DNA of 64,000 nt from a bacterium BMS3Bbin13 (GCA_002897735.1 BDTW01000021.1:70813-134812), one strand, 5' to 3'; shown: positions 1 through 9,553, counted from the first letter of the stretch. The notes: a model not told the origin generated them from the sequence alone. Program-made: numbers and translations.

Positions 1-890
1 GCGCGGCGGGTATCGACATGCGCGGGCTGGCCGAGCGCGGCGTGGAGATCTTCTTCACACAGGTCTTCCGCCACAACTTCTTCCACGCGGACATGCACCC
101 GGGGAACATCTTCGTCTCGCCGGCGGGCCGCTATATAGCGGTGGACTTCGGGATCATGGGCACCCTCAACCCCGTCGACCAGCGTTATCTTGCCGAGAAC
201 TTTCTCGCCTTCTTCCGCCGCGACTACCGGCGCGTGGCCGAGCTGCACGTCGAGTCCGGCTGGGTGCCCGCCGGGACCCGCATCGACGAGTTCGAGTCGG
301 CGATCCGCACCGTATGCGAGCCGATCTTCGAGCGCCCGCTCAAGGACATCTCGTTCGGCTTCCTGCTGGTTCGTCTGTTCCAGACCGCGCGGCGTTTCAA
401 CATGGAGGTGCAGCCACAGCTCGTGCTGCTGCAGAAAACCTTTCTCAACATCGAGGGACTGGGGCGCCAGCTCTATCCGGACCTGGACCTGTGGCAGACG
501 GCGAAGCCGTTCCTGGAACGCTGGATGAGCGAGCAGGTGGGACTGCACTCGTTCCTGCACACGATCCGCACCAACCTGCCCGCGTGGGGCGAGAAGCTGC
601 CGGAACTCCCGGAGCTGGTGCACGACGTACTCGATCGCGCCCGGCATGGGCGCCTCGAGGTGCACTGGCGCTCCGAGGAGCTGACGCGGTTGCGCGAGGA
701 GATGCACCATGCGAACCGGCGCACCACGCGCGCCGTGACCGGCGCTGCATTGCTGGTGAGCGGGACGCTGCTCACCGGCGCCCCGGCGGGCCTCGCGCAG
801 TGGACGGGCGGCACTTCGATACTCGGCTGGCTGCTCAGCGGGGTCGGGGTACTGTTGTTGCTCGCGGCGTGGCGCCGCGGACCGCGCTGA
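1..890 (+). CDS. ubiB: Ubiquinone biosynthesis protein kinase UbiB (AarF/ABC1 family), C-terminal part; the 5' end lies outside the window
   Basis: The translation (…[13 protein letters not shown]…AVDFGIMG…) carries ABC1/UbiB kinase motifs and C-terminal TM helices. The ORF runs to the window edge. Confidence 0.85.
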   Translation, partial: AAGIDMRGLAERGVEIFFTQVFRHNFFHADMHPGNIFVSPAGRYIAVDFGIMGTLNPVDQRYLAENFLAFFRRDYRRVAELHVESGWVPAGTRIDEFESAIRTVCEPIFERPLKDISFGFLLVRLFQTARRFNMEVQPQLVLLQKTFLNIEGLGRQLYPDLDLWQTAKPFLERWMSEQVGLHSFLHTIRTNLPAWGEKLPELPELVHDVLDRARHGRLEVHWRSEELTRLREEMHHANRRTTRAVTGAALLVSGTLLTGAPAGLAQWTGGTSILGWLLSGVGVLLLLAAWRRGPR

Positions 891-960
891 AGCGCGTCGC
901 CGCGACGTTGCCGTCGGAGACGATCCCGATCGGCTTTCCCCGGGTCGCGGCCCGGGCGGC

Positions 961-1512
961 TCATGGACGCTGGAGTTCGCCCGCCACCCGCTCGCGCACC
1001 TCGCGTCCGGCGAGCCGCTCCACCAGCGTCAGCGCGAAGTCCATCGCCGTACCGGGGCCGCGCGACGTGGTGATCCGTCCGTCGACGACCACCGGTTCCT
1101 CGCGGTAGTCGAGACCCGGGACCTCCACGCCGTCGAGGGAGCCGGGGAAGGCGGTGGCACGGCGCCCGGCCAGCAGCCCGGCCTCGGCGAGGACCCGCGG
1201 TGCGGCGCAGATCGCCGCGATCTCACGCCCGGCGCCCTCCATGCGCACGAGCAGCGCGCGGATGCGGGCGTCCCGGGCAAGGCGCCCGGCGCCCGGCCCT
1301 CCGCCCGGCAACACCACCATGTCGAAATCCTCCGCGAGCACGGCGTCCAGGGTCGTGTCCGGGACGATCACGGTGCCGCGCGAGGCACTCACCGGACCCG
1401 GGGCGAGCCCCGCGCTCACCACCTCGATCCCGGCGCGGCGCAGCAGATCGATGACCGTCACGGCCTCGAGTTCTTCGAACCCCTCGGCCAGGGGAACCAG
1501 GACACGCGACAT
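961..1512 (-). CDS. DJ-1/PfpI family protein (YajL/ThiJ-like)
   Basis: MSRVLVPLAEGFEELEAVTVIDLLRRAGIEV… with AICAAP is typical of DJ-1/PfpI. The internal ATG at 1510-1512 is taken as the start; the longer ORF has an implausible N-terminal extension. Confidence 0.8.
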   Translation of the reverse strand: MSRVLVPLAEGFEELEAVTVIDLLRRAGIEVVSAGLAPGPVSASRGTVIVPDTTLDAVLAEDFDMVVLPGGGPGAGRLARDARIRALLVRMEGAGREIAAICAAPRVLAEAGLLAGRRATAFPGSLDGVEVPGLDYREEPVVVDGRITTSRGPGTAMDFALTLVERLAGREVRERVAGELQRP

Positions 1513-1559
1513 GTCGGGACCTCCCCGCGGCGGTGGGCAATCGGTCCATCTCCGGCGGT

Positions 1560-1665
1560 CTCGGCCGGGCAAGCCCGGCCCTACGGCGGGCGAGTCACTC
1601 CTCGTAGTCTCGGCCCGGCGGGCGAGTCACTCCCTGTAGGGCGGGCCTCGGCCCGCCGGCGGAGT
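1560..1665. repeat. REP-like palindromic repeat cluster in the intergenic region
   Basis: The unit ggcgggcgagtcactccYYgtag occurs twice, flanked by GC hairpins (gccgggcaagcccggcc; gggcgggcctcggcccgcc). It shares the GCCCGCCCTAC…GTAGGGCGGG core with the repeats at 9190-9360. Confidence 0.6.
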
Positions 1666-1676
1666 CCGACAGCCCC

Positions 1677-3044
1677 CTAACGCGAAGCCTGCCGGGTCGC
1701 AGCATGCCGGTGGTTGAGCGAGAGCCCCCGCAATACGTTGACGGCCTCGTAGAGCTGGAAGTCCTTGCGCGCGAGCGTGTCCAGCCCCTTGGCGTCCTTG
1801 CGCTCGCGTCGGGCCCGGGCGCGTTGCTTGGCCCGGTCCCGTCCGCCGTTGTGGAAGTGACGCGGCAGATCCTCTTCCTTGATGGGACCGAAGCCGGAGG
1901 AGGACCGTGCGCCGGCGATCTTCAACTGCGGCACCACGATGTCGGGTTCGATCCCCTCCGCCTGGATGGAGCGTCCCGACGGCGTGTAATACAGGGCGGT
2001 GGTGAGCTTCAGCGCCGCACCACCGCTCAACGGCAGGATGGTCTGGACGGAACCCTTGCCGAAGGTGCGCACCCCCAGCAGGATCGCGCGATGATCGTCC
2101 TGCAGGGCGCCGGCGACGATCTCGGAGGCGGAGGCCGAGCCACCGTTGACGAGCACCACCATCGGGGCGCCGTCGAGGACGTCGCCGGGAGTGGCGTCGA
2201 AGTTCATTTGCGAGTCGGGGATGCGCCCCTTGGTGTAAACGATCCGGCCCTTGGTGAGGAATGCATCGGCGACCCCCACCGCCGCGTCCAGGACACCGCC
2301 CGGGTTGTTGCGCAGATCCAGCACCAGCCCCTTGAGCGGGCCGCCGTTCTTCTTCACGAGAGCGCGCACGGCGCGCATCAGACCGCGCGCGGTATGCGTC
2401 TGAAACTGCGTGATGCGCACGTAGCCGATCCCGTCCTCGAGCATCCGGTCCTTGACGCTGCGAACCTTGATGACGGCGCGCGTCAGGGTGAGCTTGATCG
2501 GCTTCTGCGCACCCGCGCGCACGATGGTCAGGGTAATCTTGGAACCGGGCTTGCCGCGCATCCGTTTGACCGCCTGCGTCAGGCTCAGGCCCTTCACCGG
2601 CGTATCGTCGAGAAAGATGATCAGGTCGCCGGGTTCGACACCGGCGCGCTGCGCCGGCGTGTCGTCGATGGGCGTGATGACCTTGACGAACCCGTCCTCC
2701 ATCCCGACTTCGATGCCGAGCCCGCCGAACTCACCGGTGGTGCCGATCTGCAGTTCCTTGAACTGCTGCGGGTCCAGGTAGGCCGAATGCGGATCCAGGC
2801 CCCGCACCATGCCGCGGATCGCATCGTCGAGCAGGACCCGGTCCTTGATCGGCTTCACGTAGTCGGTCTTGATCTTCTGGAACACCGTGGCGAAGGCGTG
2901 CAACTGCCGGAGAGGCAGGCCGCCCGGCGCCCCACCGGGCGCGGCGCCGGAGCGCTCGGCGAACACATTGGGACCCAGGACCACACCCGCGCCCAGGGCT
3001 ACGCCCAGCAGCAGGATCAGGGTACTGCGGATCGGTGCCTTCAT
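1677..3044 (-). CDS. ctpA: Carboxy-terminal processing protease (S41 family, Ctp/Prc)
   Basis: A signal peptide (MKAPIRSTLILLLGVALGAG) is followed by PDZ and S41 motifs (GGLGIEV…, VLVNGGSASASEIVAGALQD). The start is the ATG at 3042-3044. Confidence 0.9.
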   Translation of the reverse strand: MKAPIRSTLILLLGVALGAGVVLGPNVFAERSGAAPGGAPGGLPLRQLHAFATVFQKIKTDYVKPIKDRVLLDDAIRGMVRGLDPHSAYLDPQQFKELQIGTTGEFGGLGIEVGMEDGFVKVITPIDDTPAQRAGVEPGDLIIFLDDTPVKGLSLTQAVKRMRGKPGSKITLTIVRAGAQKPIKLTLTRAVIKVRSVKDRMLEDGIGYVRITQFQTHTARGLMRAVRALVKKNGGPLKGLVLDLRNNPGGVLDAAVGVADAFLTKGRIVYTKGRIPDSQMNFDATPGDVLDGAPMVVLVNGGSASASEIVAGALQDDHRAILLGVRTFGKGSVQTILPLSGGAALKLTTALYYTPSGRSIQAEGIEPDIVVPQLKIAGARSSSGFGPIKEEDLPRHFHNGGRDRAKQRARARRERKDAKGLDTLARKDFQLYEAVNVLRGLSLNHRHAATRQASR

Positions 3045-3161
3045 CGTTCCATGCTCCCGGGACGGCGGTGCGGATTCCATGCCGCCGGCGGAGGGGCGGC
3101 CAGGGAAAGGTACTCTAAATGCGCTCGGTTTGGCTATAGCACGGCCCGGCGCCGGGGCGGT

Positions 3162-4370
3162 TCAGCGGCCCGCGCCCAGGAGCCGGGGCGCGCCCGCGCG
3201 GCACCAACGTGCCGGGTTCACCGGGCGCCCGTCGTGGCGGATCTCGAAGTACAGCCCGGGGCGTACCTCACCGCCGCTGTCCCCCACGGTGGCGACCACC
3301 TCGCCGGGCCTCACCCAGTCGCCGGTCTCCTTGTAGAGTGCTTGGTTGTGTCCGTACAGGCTCATGTAGCCGTCACCGTGATCGATGATCAGCAACAGCC
3401 CGAAACCCCGCAGCCAATCGGCGAACACCACCCGCCCATAGGCGATCGCCCGTACCGGCCGCCCGGCTTGCGCATCGATGACCACGCCGCGCCACTTCAG
3501 CAGTGAGCCCAGGCGCGGCGCGCCGAAACGCGCCACGATCCGGCCCCGCGCCGGCCATGCCAGTCGCCCCTTGAGTCGGGCGAAGGGTCGCCGGGGCCCC
3601 GGGCCCGCCGGGATCCCGGCCGCGGCTTTCTGCAACCTGCCAAGCAGCGCGCGCAGGCGCGCCTCGTCGTGCTTCAGGGCGGCGAGTTCCGCGCCCTTGC
3701 CGTGGATGGCCGCCGCCAACCGCTTCAGTACTGCGCGCCGGGCCGCACGGCGTCGTTCAAAATCCCGTTCCCTGCGCAACCGGACGGCGCGCAGGGCATC
3801 GAGTTCGGTCACCTGGGCGACGATCTCCCGGCGCACCGCGGCGAGCGCGCGCATACGCCGTTCGACCGCCTCGATCTCCTCGGTCCTCGCGCGGTTCAAG
3901 TAGTCGAAGTAGACCAGCGTACGGCCCACCAGCGCGGGATCCTGCTGGTTGAGCAGCAGCTTGAACCGCGGCTGCCCGCCCAGGACATAGGCGGCGCGGA
4001 TCTGGCGTACCAAGGCATGCCGCCCGGCGGCCAGTTCGTCTTCCAGCGTGCGGCGCCGCGCCCGAAGCCGGGCGAGCCGGTCACGGCGCGCGCCCAACCG
4101 CCCCTCGACGGCCCGGCGTCGCTTGGACGCCTGCGCCAGTCCGCGTTCGACGCGACGCAGCTCGGCCTCGACCCGTGCATGGCGGCCGCGCATGGTGCTC
4201 AGGTCTTTGCCGACCGCGTCGATGCGCCGGCGCAGCTGCTCGAGCCGGGCGACGGTCGCACGCGGCGTCGCCTGCGCGGCGGCGTATGCCGCGGGCACGA
4301 GAGCGGACCCCAACGCCCCGGCCAGAAGCAGGCACAGGCAACACGCCGGCAGCACCGTGCGCCGCACCAT
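3162..4370 (-). CDS. envC: Murein hydrolase activator EnvC (coiled-coil plus LytM/M23 peptidase domain)
   Basis: A signal peptide, a long Arg/Glu-rich coiled coil and a C-terminal M23 domain (…DHGDGYMSLYGHN…GDSGG…). It sits in the conserved envC-ctpA arrangement. Confidence 0.85.
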   Translation of the reverse strand: MVRRTVLPACCLCLLLAGALGSALVPAAYAAAQATPRATVARLEQLRRRIDAVGKDLSTMRGRHARVEAELRRVERGLAQASKRRRAVEGRLGARRDRLARLRARRRTLEDELAAGRHALVRQIRAAYVLGGQPRFKLLLNQQDPALVGRTLVYFDYLNRARTEEIEAVERRMRALAAVRREIVAQVTELDALRAVRLRRERDFERRRAARRAVLKRLAAAIHGKGAELAALKHDEARLRALLGRLQKAAAGIPAGPGPRRPFARLKGRLAWPARGRIVARFGAPRLGSLLKWRGVVIDAQAGRPVRAIAYGRVVFADWLRGFGLLLIIDHGDGYMSLYGHNQALYKETGDWVRPGEVVATVGDSGGEVRPGLYFEIRHDGRPVNPARWCRAGAPRLLGAGR

Positions 4371-4451
4371 ATACTTTATCATCACATAATGTTCTAATGA
4401 TGCGATCATTTCGGGTCGACCGGATCCCACCCGGGCGCTCCGAGAGGGCGA

Positions 4452-4784
4452 ATGCCAATGAGCGCCACGAGCGCCACTGAAGGGTTCCTGATCACCCGGG
4501 ATGACGACTTCGAGCGCGCATCCCGGTCGCTGAAGGCGATGTCACACCCCCTGCGGCTCAAGATCCTGTGCACCCTGGGCGAACGCGAGATCAGTGTACA
4601 GGACATCGTCGAGAACGTGGGAACCTCGCAGAGCAACATCTCCCAGCACCTGGCCATCCTGCGCGACAAGGGAATCCTTGCATCGCGAAAGGAGTCGAAC
4701 CGCGTCTACTACCGCGTGGGCGACGCCCGCACCTTGCAGCTGATCGGGATGATGCGCGAGGTGTTCTGCTCCCGCGACCGGTAG
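4452..4784 (+). CDS. ArsR/SmtB-family transcriptional regulator, candidate SqrR/BigR-type persulfide sensor (Cys40 and Cys106)
   Basis: Winged-helix ArsR motifs (SHPLRLKILCTL…VQDIVENVGTSQSNISQHLAILRDKGIL…RVYYRV). Cysteines lie in helix alpha2 and near the C-terminus, about 66 residues apart, as in SqrR C41/C107 and BigR C42/C108. Confidence 0.75.
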   Translation: MPMSATSATEGFLITRDDDFERASRSLKAMSHPLRLKILCTLGEREISVQDIVENVGTSQSNISQHLAILRDKGILASRKESNRVYYRVGDARTLQLIGMMREVFCSRDR

Positions 4785-4876
4785 CGGGGGGTGGTTCCCT
4801 CGCGCATCGTTCCCGGTATAATGCGCGCCGCACCGTGGCCGACGGCCACCTCCCTGGCAGGGTCCGCTGAATCCTC

Positions 4877-5323
4877 ATGCCCCGGATCTCCGAAATCTCC
4901 GAATTCGCAGTCCGGCACTGGTCGCTGTTTCTGGCCCTTGCGGTCGTGCTCGTGCTGCTCGTCGGCAACGAGATCCAACGCTGGCTGCGCGGGCTGAAAA
5001 GGGTCGGACCCGCGGAGGCGGTACGACTGATCAACCGTCGCAACGCCATCATCCTCGACGTGCGCACCGAGGGGGAGTTCAAGGAGGGCCACATCCCCCA
5101 GGCGCGCCACCTCCCACCCGCGTTGCTCGACGAGCAGGTGCGCAAGCTGGAGAAATACAAGGATCGCCCGGTCGTCGTCTACTGTCGTAGCGGCGCGCGG
5201 TCGGCGCGCGTGGGCGGCGTGCTGCGCAAGCATGGTTTTGCGGAGGTGTTCAACCTCGACGGCGGCCTGAGCGCGTGGCAGAGCGCCGACCTCCCCGTTC
5301 ACCGCGGCTCCGCCAAGGATTGA
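4877..5323 (+). CDS. Membrane-anchored single-domain rhodanese (sulfurtransferase)
   Basis: An N-terminal TM helix is followed by a rhodanese domain with the active-site loop VVYCRSGARS. It lies directly downstream of the ArsR-family regulator. Confidence 0.85.
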   Translation: MPRISEISEFAVRHWSLFLALAVVLVLLVGNEIQRWLRGLKRVGPAEAVRLINRRNAIILDVRTEGEFKEGHIPQARHLPPALLDEQVRKLEKYKDRPVVVYCRSGARSARVGGVLRKHGFAEVFNLDGGLSAWQSADLPVHRGSAKD

Positions 5324-5513
5324 ACCGCATTCCCCCCCTCCCGCGGCGATCGCCGGGGCGCACCGCCTTGAATTTATTTCGCCTTGGGTTCCCGGGCTGA
5401 TTACACTATCCTCACTGCGTCCACCGAAGGGGGGGCGTACGCCGAGAGGTCGGCTTGCGGACTCCCGATAATCCCGGCAAGGGGCGTACGGACCCCGACA
5501 CGGAGCGCGCGAC

Positions 5514-5948
5514 ATGGGAAAGACCGTGCACGTGGTCTGCCCCCACTGCGATGCCGTAAATCGCGTGGGCGCGGACAAACCGGCGCTTGATGCGCGTTGC
5601 GGCAAGTGTCACCGCGCCTTGTTCGAGGGTCGTCCGGCGGCCCTGTCGGAAGGGCGTTTCGAGCGCCATCTGCAACGCAGCGACATCCCGCTGGTCGTGG
5701 ACTTCTGGGCCGAATGGTGCGGACCGTGTAAGATGATGGCCCCGCTCTTCGAGGAAGCGGCCCGGCGGCTGGAGCCGCGGGTGCGTTTCGCGAAGGTGGA
5801 CACGGACCGGAATCAGGAACTCGCGGCGCGTTTCGGGATCCGCGGCATTCCGACCCTGATCCTGTTCGAGGGCGGGCGCGAGGCCGACCGCGCCACCGGC
5901 GCGATGGACCTGACACATCTGCTTCAGTGGGTGGAGCGGCACCTCTAA
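5514..5948 (+). CDS. trxC: Thioredoxin 2 (N-terminal zinc-finger thioredoxin)
   Basis: Two N-terminal CxxC pairs (CPHCDA…CGKCH) are followed by the WCGPC thioredoxin active site. Confidence 0.9.
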   Translation: MGKTVHVVCPHCDAVNRVGADKPALDARCGKCHRALFEGRPAALSEGRFERHLQRSDIPLVVDFWAEWCGPCKMMAPLFEEAARRLEPRVRFAKVDTDRNQELAARFGIRGIPTLILFEGGREADRATGAMDLTHLLQWVERHL

Positions 5949-5975
5949 CCAATTACGGCCCCGGAAGACCCGACC

Positions 5976-6464
5976 ATGAGCGACGACCCCAAGCCACCGA
6001 GCAACGGCGGCGCCAGCCCGCAGCTCACCCTGCACCGGATCTATCTCAAGGACGCCTCCTTCGAAACCCCGGCGGGTCCGCAGGGGTTTACCGGCGATAC
6101 CGCGCCGGAGATCAACATGCAGCTCGGCACCGGCGTCCAGACCCTCGACGAGAACACCTACGAGGTGATACTCAGCGTCACCGTCACCGCGACCGCCGAG
6201 ACCAAGACCGTGTTCCTCGTCGAGATCCAGCAGGCGGGCCTGTTCGACATTCGCGGGTTCGCGGAGGCGGAGATGGGCACGCTGCTCGGGAGCTACTGCC
6301 CGAACGTGCTCTACGCGTTCGCGCGCGAAGCGGTCGCCGACCTCGTCGCCAAGGGCGGTTTCCCGCAATTGCTGCTCGCGCCCGTGAACTTCGACGCCCT
6401 GTACGCGCAACACCTGCAACAACAGACGCACGGGCAAGGCACACCGGCCCCCACGGCGCACTGA
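5976..6464 (+). CDS. secB: Protein-export chaperone SecB
   Basis: QLTLHRIYLKDASFE…NVLYAFAREAVADLVAKGGFPQLLLAPVNFDALY is a canonical SecB. It sits in the conserved trx/grx-secB-gpsA arrangement. Confidence 0.9.
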   Translation: MSDDPKPPSNGGASPQLTLHRIYLKDASFETPAGPQGFTGDTAPEINMQLGTGVQTLDENTYEVILSVTVTATAETKTVFLVEIQQAGLFDIRGFAEAEMGTLLGSYCPNVLYAFAREAVADLVAKGGFPQLLLAPVNFDALYAQHLQQQTHGQGTPAPTAH

Positions 6465-6504
6465 GGAGCACTCCGCCCCGTATCCCCGCGGCGCCCGGAC
6501 CGGA

Positions 6505-7524
6505 ATGGACACGAACCGCCGTAGCGCCGAGACCATCGCGGTTCTGGGCGCGGGCTCCTGGGGCACCGCGCTGGCGGTATCCCTGGCGCGGGACGGCGGA
6601 CCGACCCGGCTGTGGGGGCGGAACGCCGCCCACATGGCGGCCCTGCGCGGCACGCACCGCAATGAACGCTACCTCCCCGACGCGGAGCTGGCGCCGCATG
6701 TGGCGGTCACCGCCGACCTCGGGGCCGCGGTACACGACACCGACCTGATCCTGCTCGCGGTCCCCAGCCACGCCTTCCGCGCCACCCTGCAGGCGCTGTC
6801 CGCGGTGCTCACGGCGCCGGTCCCGGTGACGTGGGCCACGAAGGGCCTGGAACCCGACACCGGCTTCCTCCTCCACGAGGTCGCCGCGCAGGTGCTCGGA
6901 GCCGAGACCGCTACGGCCGTGGTCTCGGGTCCCACCTTCGCGCGCGAGATCGCGGCCGGCCTGCCCGCGGCGCTCACCGTCGCCGCCGCCTCCCCCGAGG
7001 TCGCACGGCGGGTCGCCGCGCGGCTGCATCATGGGGTCCTGCGCGCCTACACCGGCGACGATGTCATCGGGGTGGAGTTGGGCGGCGCGGTGAAAAACGT
7101 CCTGGCGATCGCCGCCGGGATCGCCGACGGCCTGGGCTTCGGCGCCAACACGCGCGCGGCGCTGATCACCCGCGGGCTGGCGGAGATGATCCGCCTGGGT
7201 ACGGCGCTCGGCGCCCGGCGCGAGACCCTCATCGGCCTCGCCGGGCTGGGCGACCTGGTATTGACCTGCACCGACGATCAATCGCGCAACCGCCGCGCCG
7301 GGCTCGCCCTGGGCCGCGGCATGCCGCTCGAGGAGGCGTTGCGCGCGATCGGCCAAGCGGTGGAGGGCGTACCGACCGCGCAGCGGCTGGTGGGGCGCGC
7401 ACGCGACGCCGGCATCGAGATGCCGATCACCGAGCAGGTCTACCGCGTACTGTTCGAGGCACTGGATCCGGGACGGGCGGTGCAGGCGCTGCTCGCGCGC
7501 GAGCCCAAGCCCGAGGATCGGTAA
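6505..7524 (+). CDS. gpsA: NAD(P)H-dependent glycerol-3-phosphate dehydrogenase
   Basis: An N-terminal GAGSWGTALA Rossmann motif; GpsA family throughout. Confidence 0.9.
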   Translation: MDTNRRSAETIAVLGAGSWGTALAVSLARDGGPTRLWGRNAAHMAALRGTHRNERYLPDAELAPHVAVTADLGAAVHDTDLILLAVPSHAFRATLQALSAVLTAPVPVTWATKGLEPDTGFLLHEVAAQVLGAETATAVVSGPTFAREIAAGLPAALTVAAASPEVARRVAARLHHGVLRAYTGDDVIGVELGGAVKNVLAIAAGIADGLGFGANTRAALITRGLAEMIRLGTALGARRETLIGLAGLGDLVLTCTDDQSRNRRAGLALGRGMPLEEALRAIGQAVEGVPTAQRLVGRARDAGIEMPITEQVYRVLFEALDPGRAVQALLAREPKPEDR

Positions 7525-7547
7525 CGCGGCACCGGCGGCCGGTCGCG

Positions 7548-8042
7548 CTATGCGCGCGGCGCCACCTCCGAGGCACCGGCGAAGGCCGTCTGGCGCCACG
7601 CCTCGTAGAGCACCACCGCCACGGTGTTGGACAGGTTGAGACTCCGGCTGCCCGGGACCATCGGCACGCGCAGGATGTGCGCGGCCGGAAACGAGTCCAG
7701 CAGTGCCGTCGGCAGGCCGCAGGTCTCGGGGCCGAACAGCAGCGCGTCGCCGGCGCGGTATTCCACGCTGGTGTGAGCGCGGCGCCCGCGCGTGGAAACG
7801 GCGAAGACCCGCTCCGGATCGACGCCCGCCAGGAAATCGTCCAGGTCCGGGTGCTCCCGCACGCTGGCCCAATCCAGGTAGTCGAGCCCGGCACGGCGCA
7901 CGCGCCGTTCCGAAAGCTCGAATCCCAGGGGCCGGATCAGGTGCAGGTGCGCGCCGGTATTGGCGCACAAACGCATCACATTGCCGGTGTTGGGCGGGAT
8001 ACGCGGCTGATACAGCACAATGTGGAACACCGGACCCTCCAT
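7548..8042 (-). CDS. trmL: tRNA (cytidine/uridine-2'-O)-methyltransferase TrmL (SpoU/TrmH family)
   Basis: MEGPVFHIVLYQPRIPPNTGNVMRLCANTGAHLHLI… is a SPOUT-fold methyltransferase. Only the C-terminal 164 codons of the long 7548-9032 ORF are credible. Confidence 0.8.
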   Translation of the reverse strand: MEGPVFHIVLYQPRIPPNTGNVMRLCANTGAHLHLIRPLGFELSERRVRRAGLDYLDWASVREHPDLDDFLAGVDPERVFAVSTRGRRAHTSVEYRAGDALLFGPETCGLPTALLDSFPAAHILRVPMVPGSRSLNLSNTVAVVLYEAWRQTAFAGASEVAPRA

Positions 8043-8123
8043 GCGGACTGCACGCCGAACGCCTGGACGCGGAGGGCGGGGACGGGGACAATACCGGGCA
8101 CCTCGTCTGCGCGCGGAACCCCC

Positions 8124-9098
8124 ATGGCGCCCACCCCGTCGGATACTCCCGAGCCGAACCCGCTGTCGCTTCGTTTCTGCGGCCTGGAGTTCGCCACGCC
8201 GCTGGTCCTGCTCTCCGGGTGCGTCGGCTTCGGCGAGGAGTATACCCGGGTGGAGGGTTTCTCCCACCGGGACGTCGGCGCGGTGTGTCTCAAGGGTACG
8301 ACGGGAGAGGCGCGCGCCGGCAACCCGCCGCACCGGGTGTGCGAGACCCCCATGGGGATGCTCAACGCGATCGGGCTGCAGAACCCGGGGGTGGACCATG
8401 TGGTCCGTGAGATCCTGCCGCGCCTGGACCGCACGGCCACCCGTTACATCGCGAATGTCTCGGGCTCGACGATAGAGGAATACGCTCGTGTCACGGCACG
8501 CTTCGACGACTCTCCCATCGATGCCATCGAGATCAACATCTCCTGTCCCAACGTCAAGGAGGGCGGCGTGGCCTTCGGAAACGACCCGGACATGTCCGCC
8601 CGGGTTGTCGAGGCGTGCCGCGCCGTCACCTCCAAGCCCCTGATTACGAAACTTTCTCCGAACCAAACCGATATCGCCGGGAACGCGCGCCGATGCATCG
8701 AGGCGGGCTCGGACGCGTTCGCGGTGATCAACACGCTGATGGGGATGGCGATCGACGCCGAGCGCCGGGTCCCGGTCCTCGGCAACCGCCAGGGAGGGCT
8801 GTCGGGCCCCGCCATCAAGCCGATCGCCCTGCTCAAGGTCCATCAGGTCTATCAGGTCTGTCAAAAACACGACATCCCCATCATCGGCCAGGGCGGCATC
8901 ACCGGCGTCACGGACGCACTGGAATTCCTGATCGCGGGGGCGACCGCCGTCGGGATCGGGACCGCGCTGTTCTACGATCCCCTCGTCTGCCCGCGGATCA
9001 ACGCCGGAATCGCCGATTATCTGCGCCGCCACGGCCTGCCCGACGTGTCGGCCCTGCGCGGCACGCTACAGACCGAGGGTGCTTCCACCCGGTCCTGA
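8124..9098 (+). CDS. Dihydroorotate dehydrogenase family protein (class 1 PyrD-like / dihydropyrimidine-dehydrogenase-like catalytic domain)
   Basis: TIM-barrel flavoenzyme motifs (NAIGLQNPG…IANVSGSTIEEY…LITKLSPN…GLSGPAIKPIAL…IIGQGGI). The start is the ATG at 8124; the longer ORF is an overlap artefact. Confidence 0.7.
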   Translation: MAPTPSDTPEPNPLSLRFCGLEFATPLVLLSGCVGFGEEYTRVEGFSHRDVGAVCLKGTTGEARAGNPPHRVCETPMGMLNAIGLQNPGVDHVVREILPRLDRTATRYIANVSGSTIEEYARVTARFDDSPIDAIEINISCPNVKEGGVAFGNDPDMSARVVEACRAVTSKPLITKLSPNQTDIAGNARRCIEAGSDAFAVINTLMGMAIDAERRVPVLGNRQGGLSGPAIKPIALLKVHQVYQVCQKHDIPIIGQGGITGVTDALEFLIAGATAVGIGTALFYDPLVCPRINAGIADYLRRHGLPDVSALRGTLQTEGASTRS

Positions 9099-9189
9099 TG
9101 GAGTGATTCGCGCGAGGAGGCCGGTTCAGCGGGCCACAGACCGGTCGGGGCCGGTGAAATTCGCAGCGTCGTTGAAATTCCGGGCATTG

Positions 9190-9360
9190 TCGGCGGGGCA
9201 AGCCCCGCCCTACCATCCTTACCGGCCCCGCGGGATCCCGGAGGGCGGGGCTCGCCCCGCCGGTGGAATTCTCGGCGTCGTCGGCGGGCCGAGGCCCGCC
9301 CTACCGTCCTTACCGGCCCCGCGGGATCCTGTAGGGCGGGGCTTGCCCCGCCGACCTCAT
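9190..9360. repeat. Two tandem copies of a ~70-bp REP-like element with nested GC palindromes
   Basis: ggcggggcaagccccgccctaccatccttaccggccccgcgggatcccggagggcggggctcgccccgcc is repeated with few mismatches about 88 bp downstream. It contains perfect hairpins (ggcggggc aa gccccgcc). Confidence 0.7.
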
Positions 9361-9553
9361 TGAAATCCATGACGATATCGTGATGAGCCGCGGCCATTCT
9401 TTCGGCTCGGGCCTATATGCACACCGCCCCCGCCGCCCGGGTGAACTACCGGGGGGCGGCCCCGGCTTCCTCCGTGCAAGGAAGGACGGGGGTGAACGAC
9501 CGGAGCCGCGCGGCGGCGGGGCGCACTGCGGGCGGAGACCGCCTGGAACCCGC

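Noticed and set aside
1704-3506. A 600-aa plus-strand ORF antisense to ctpA. Similar very long ORFs lie opposite metH (43681-49173 +, 1830 aa), opposite ccmF (51295-53394 -), opposite glyS (20031-21458 -), opposite dnaA (26820-28247 +) and at 5412-6662 - and 6184-8091 -.
   Set aside because: High GC content suppresses stop codons in non-coding frames. These ORFs have Arg/Ala/Pro/Gly-rich low-complexity translations with no recognisable domains. Each is fully shadowed by a well-supported gene on the other strand.
6831-8123. The N-terminal 430 codons of the 755-aa ORF 6831-9098 +, and the upstream part of ORF 7548-9032 -.
   Set aside because: Only the C-terminal portions are real: the pyrD-like gene from the ATG at 8124, and trmL from the ATG at 8042. 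The long extensions run antisense through gpsA and the pyrD-like gene, and are compositional artefacts.
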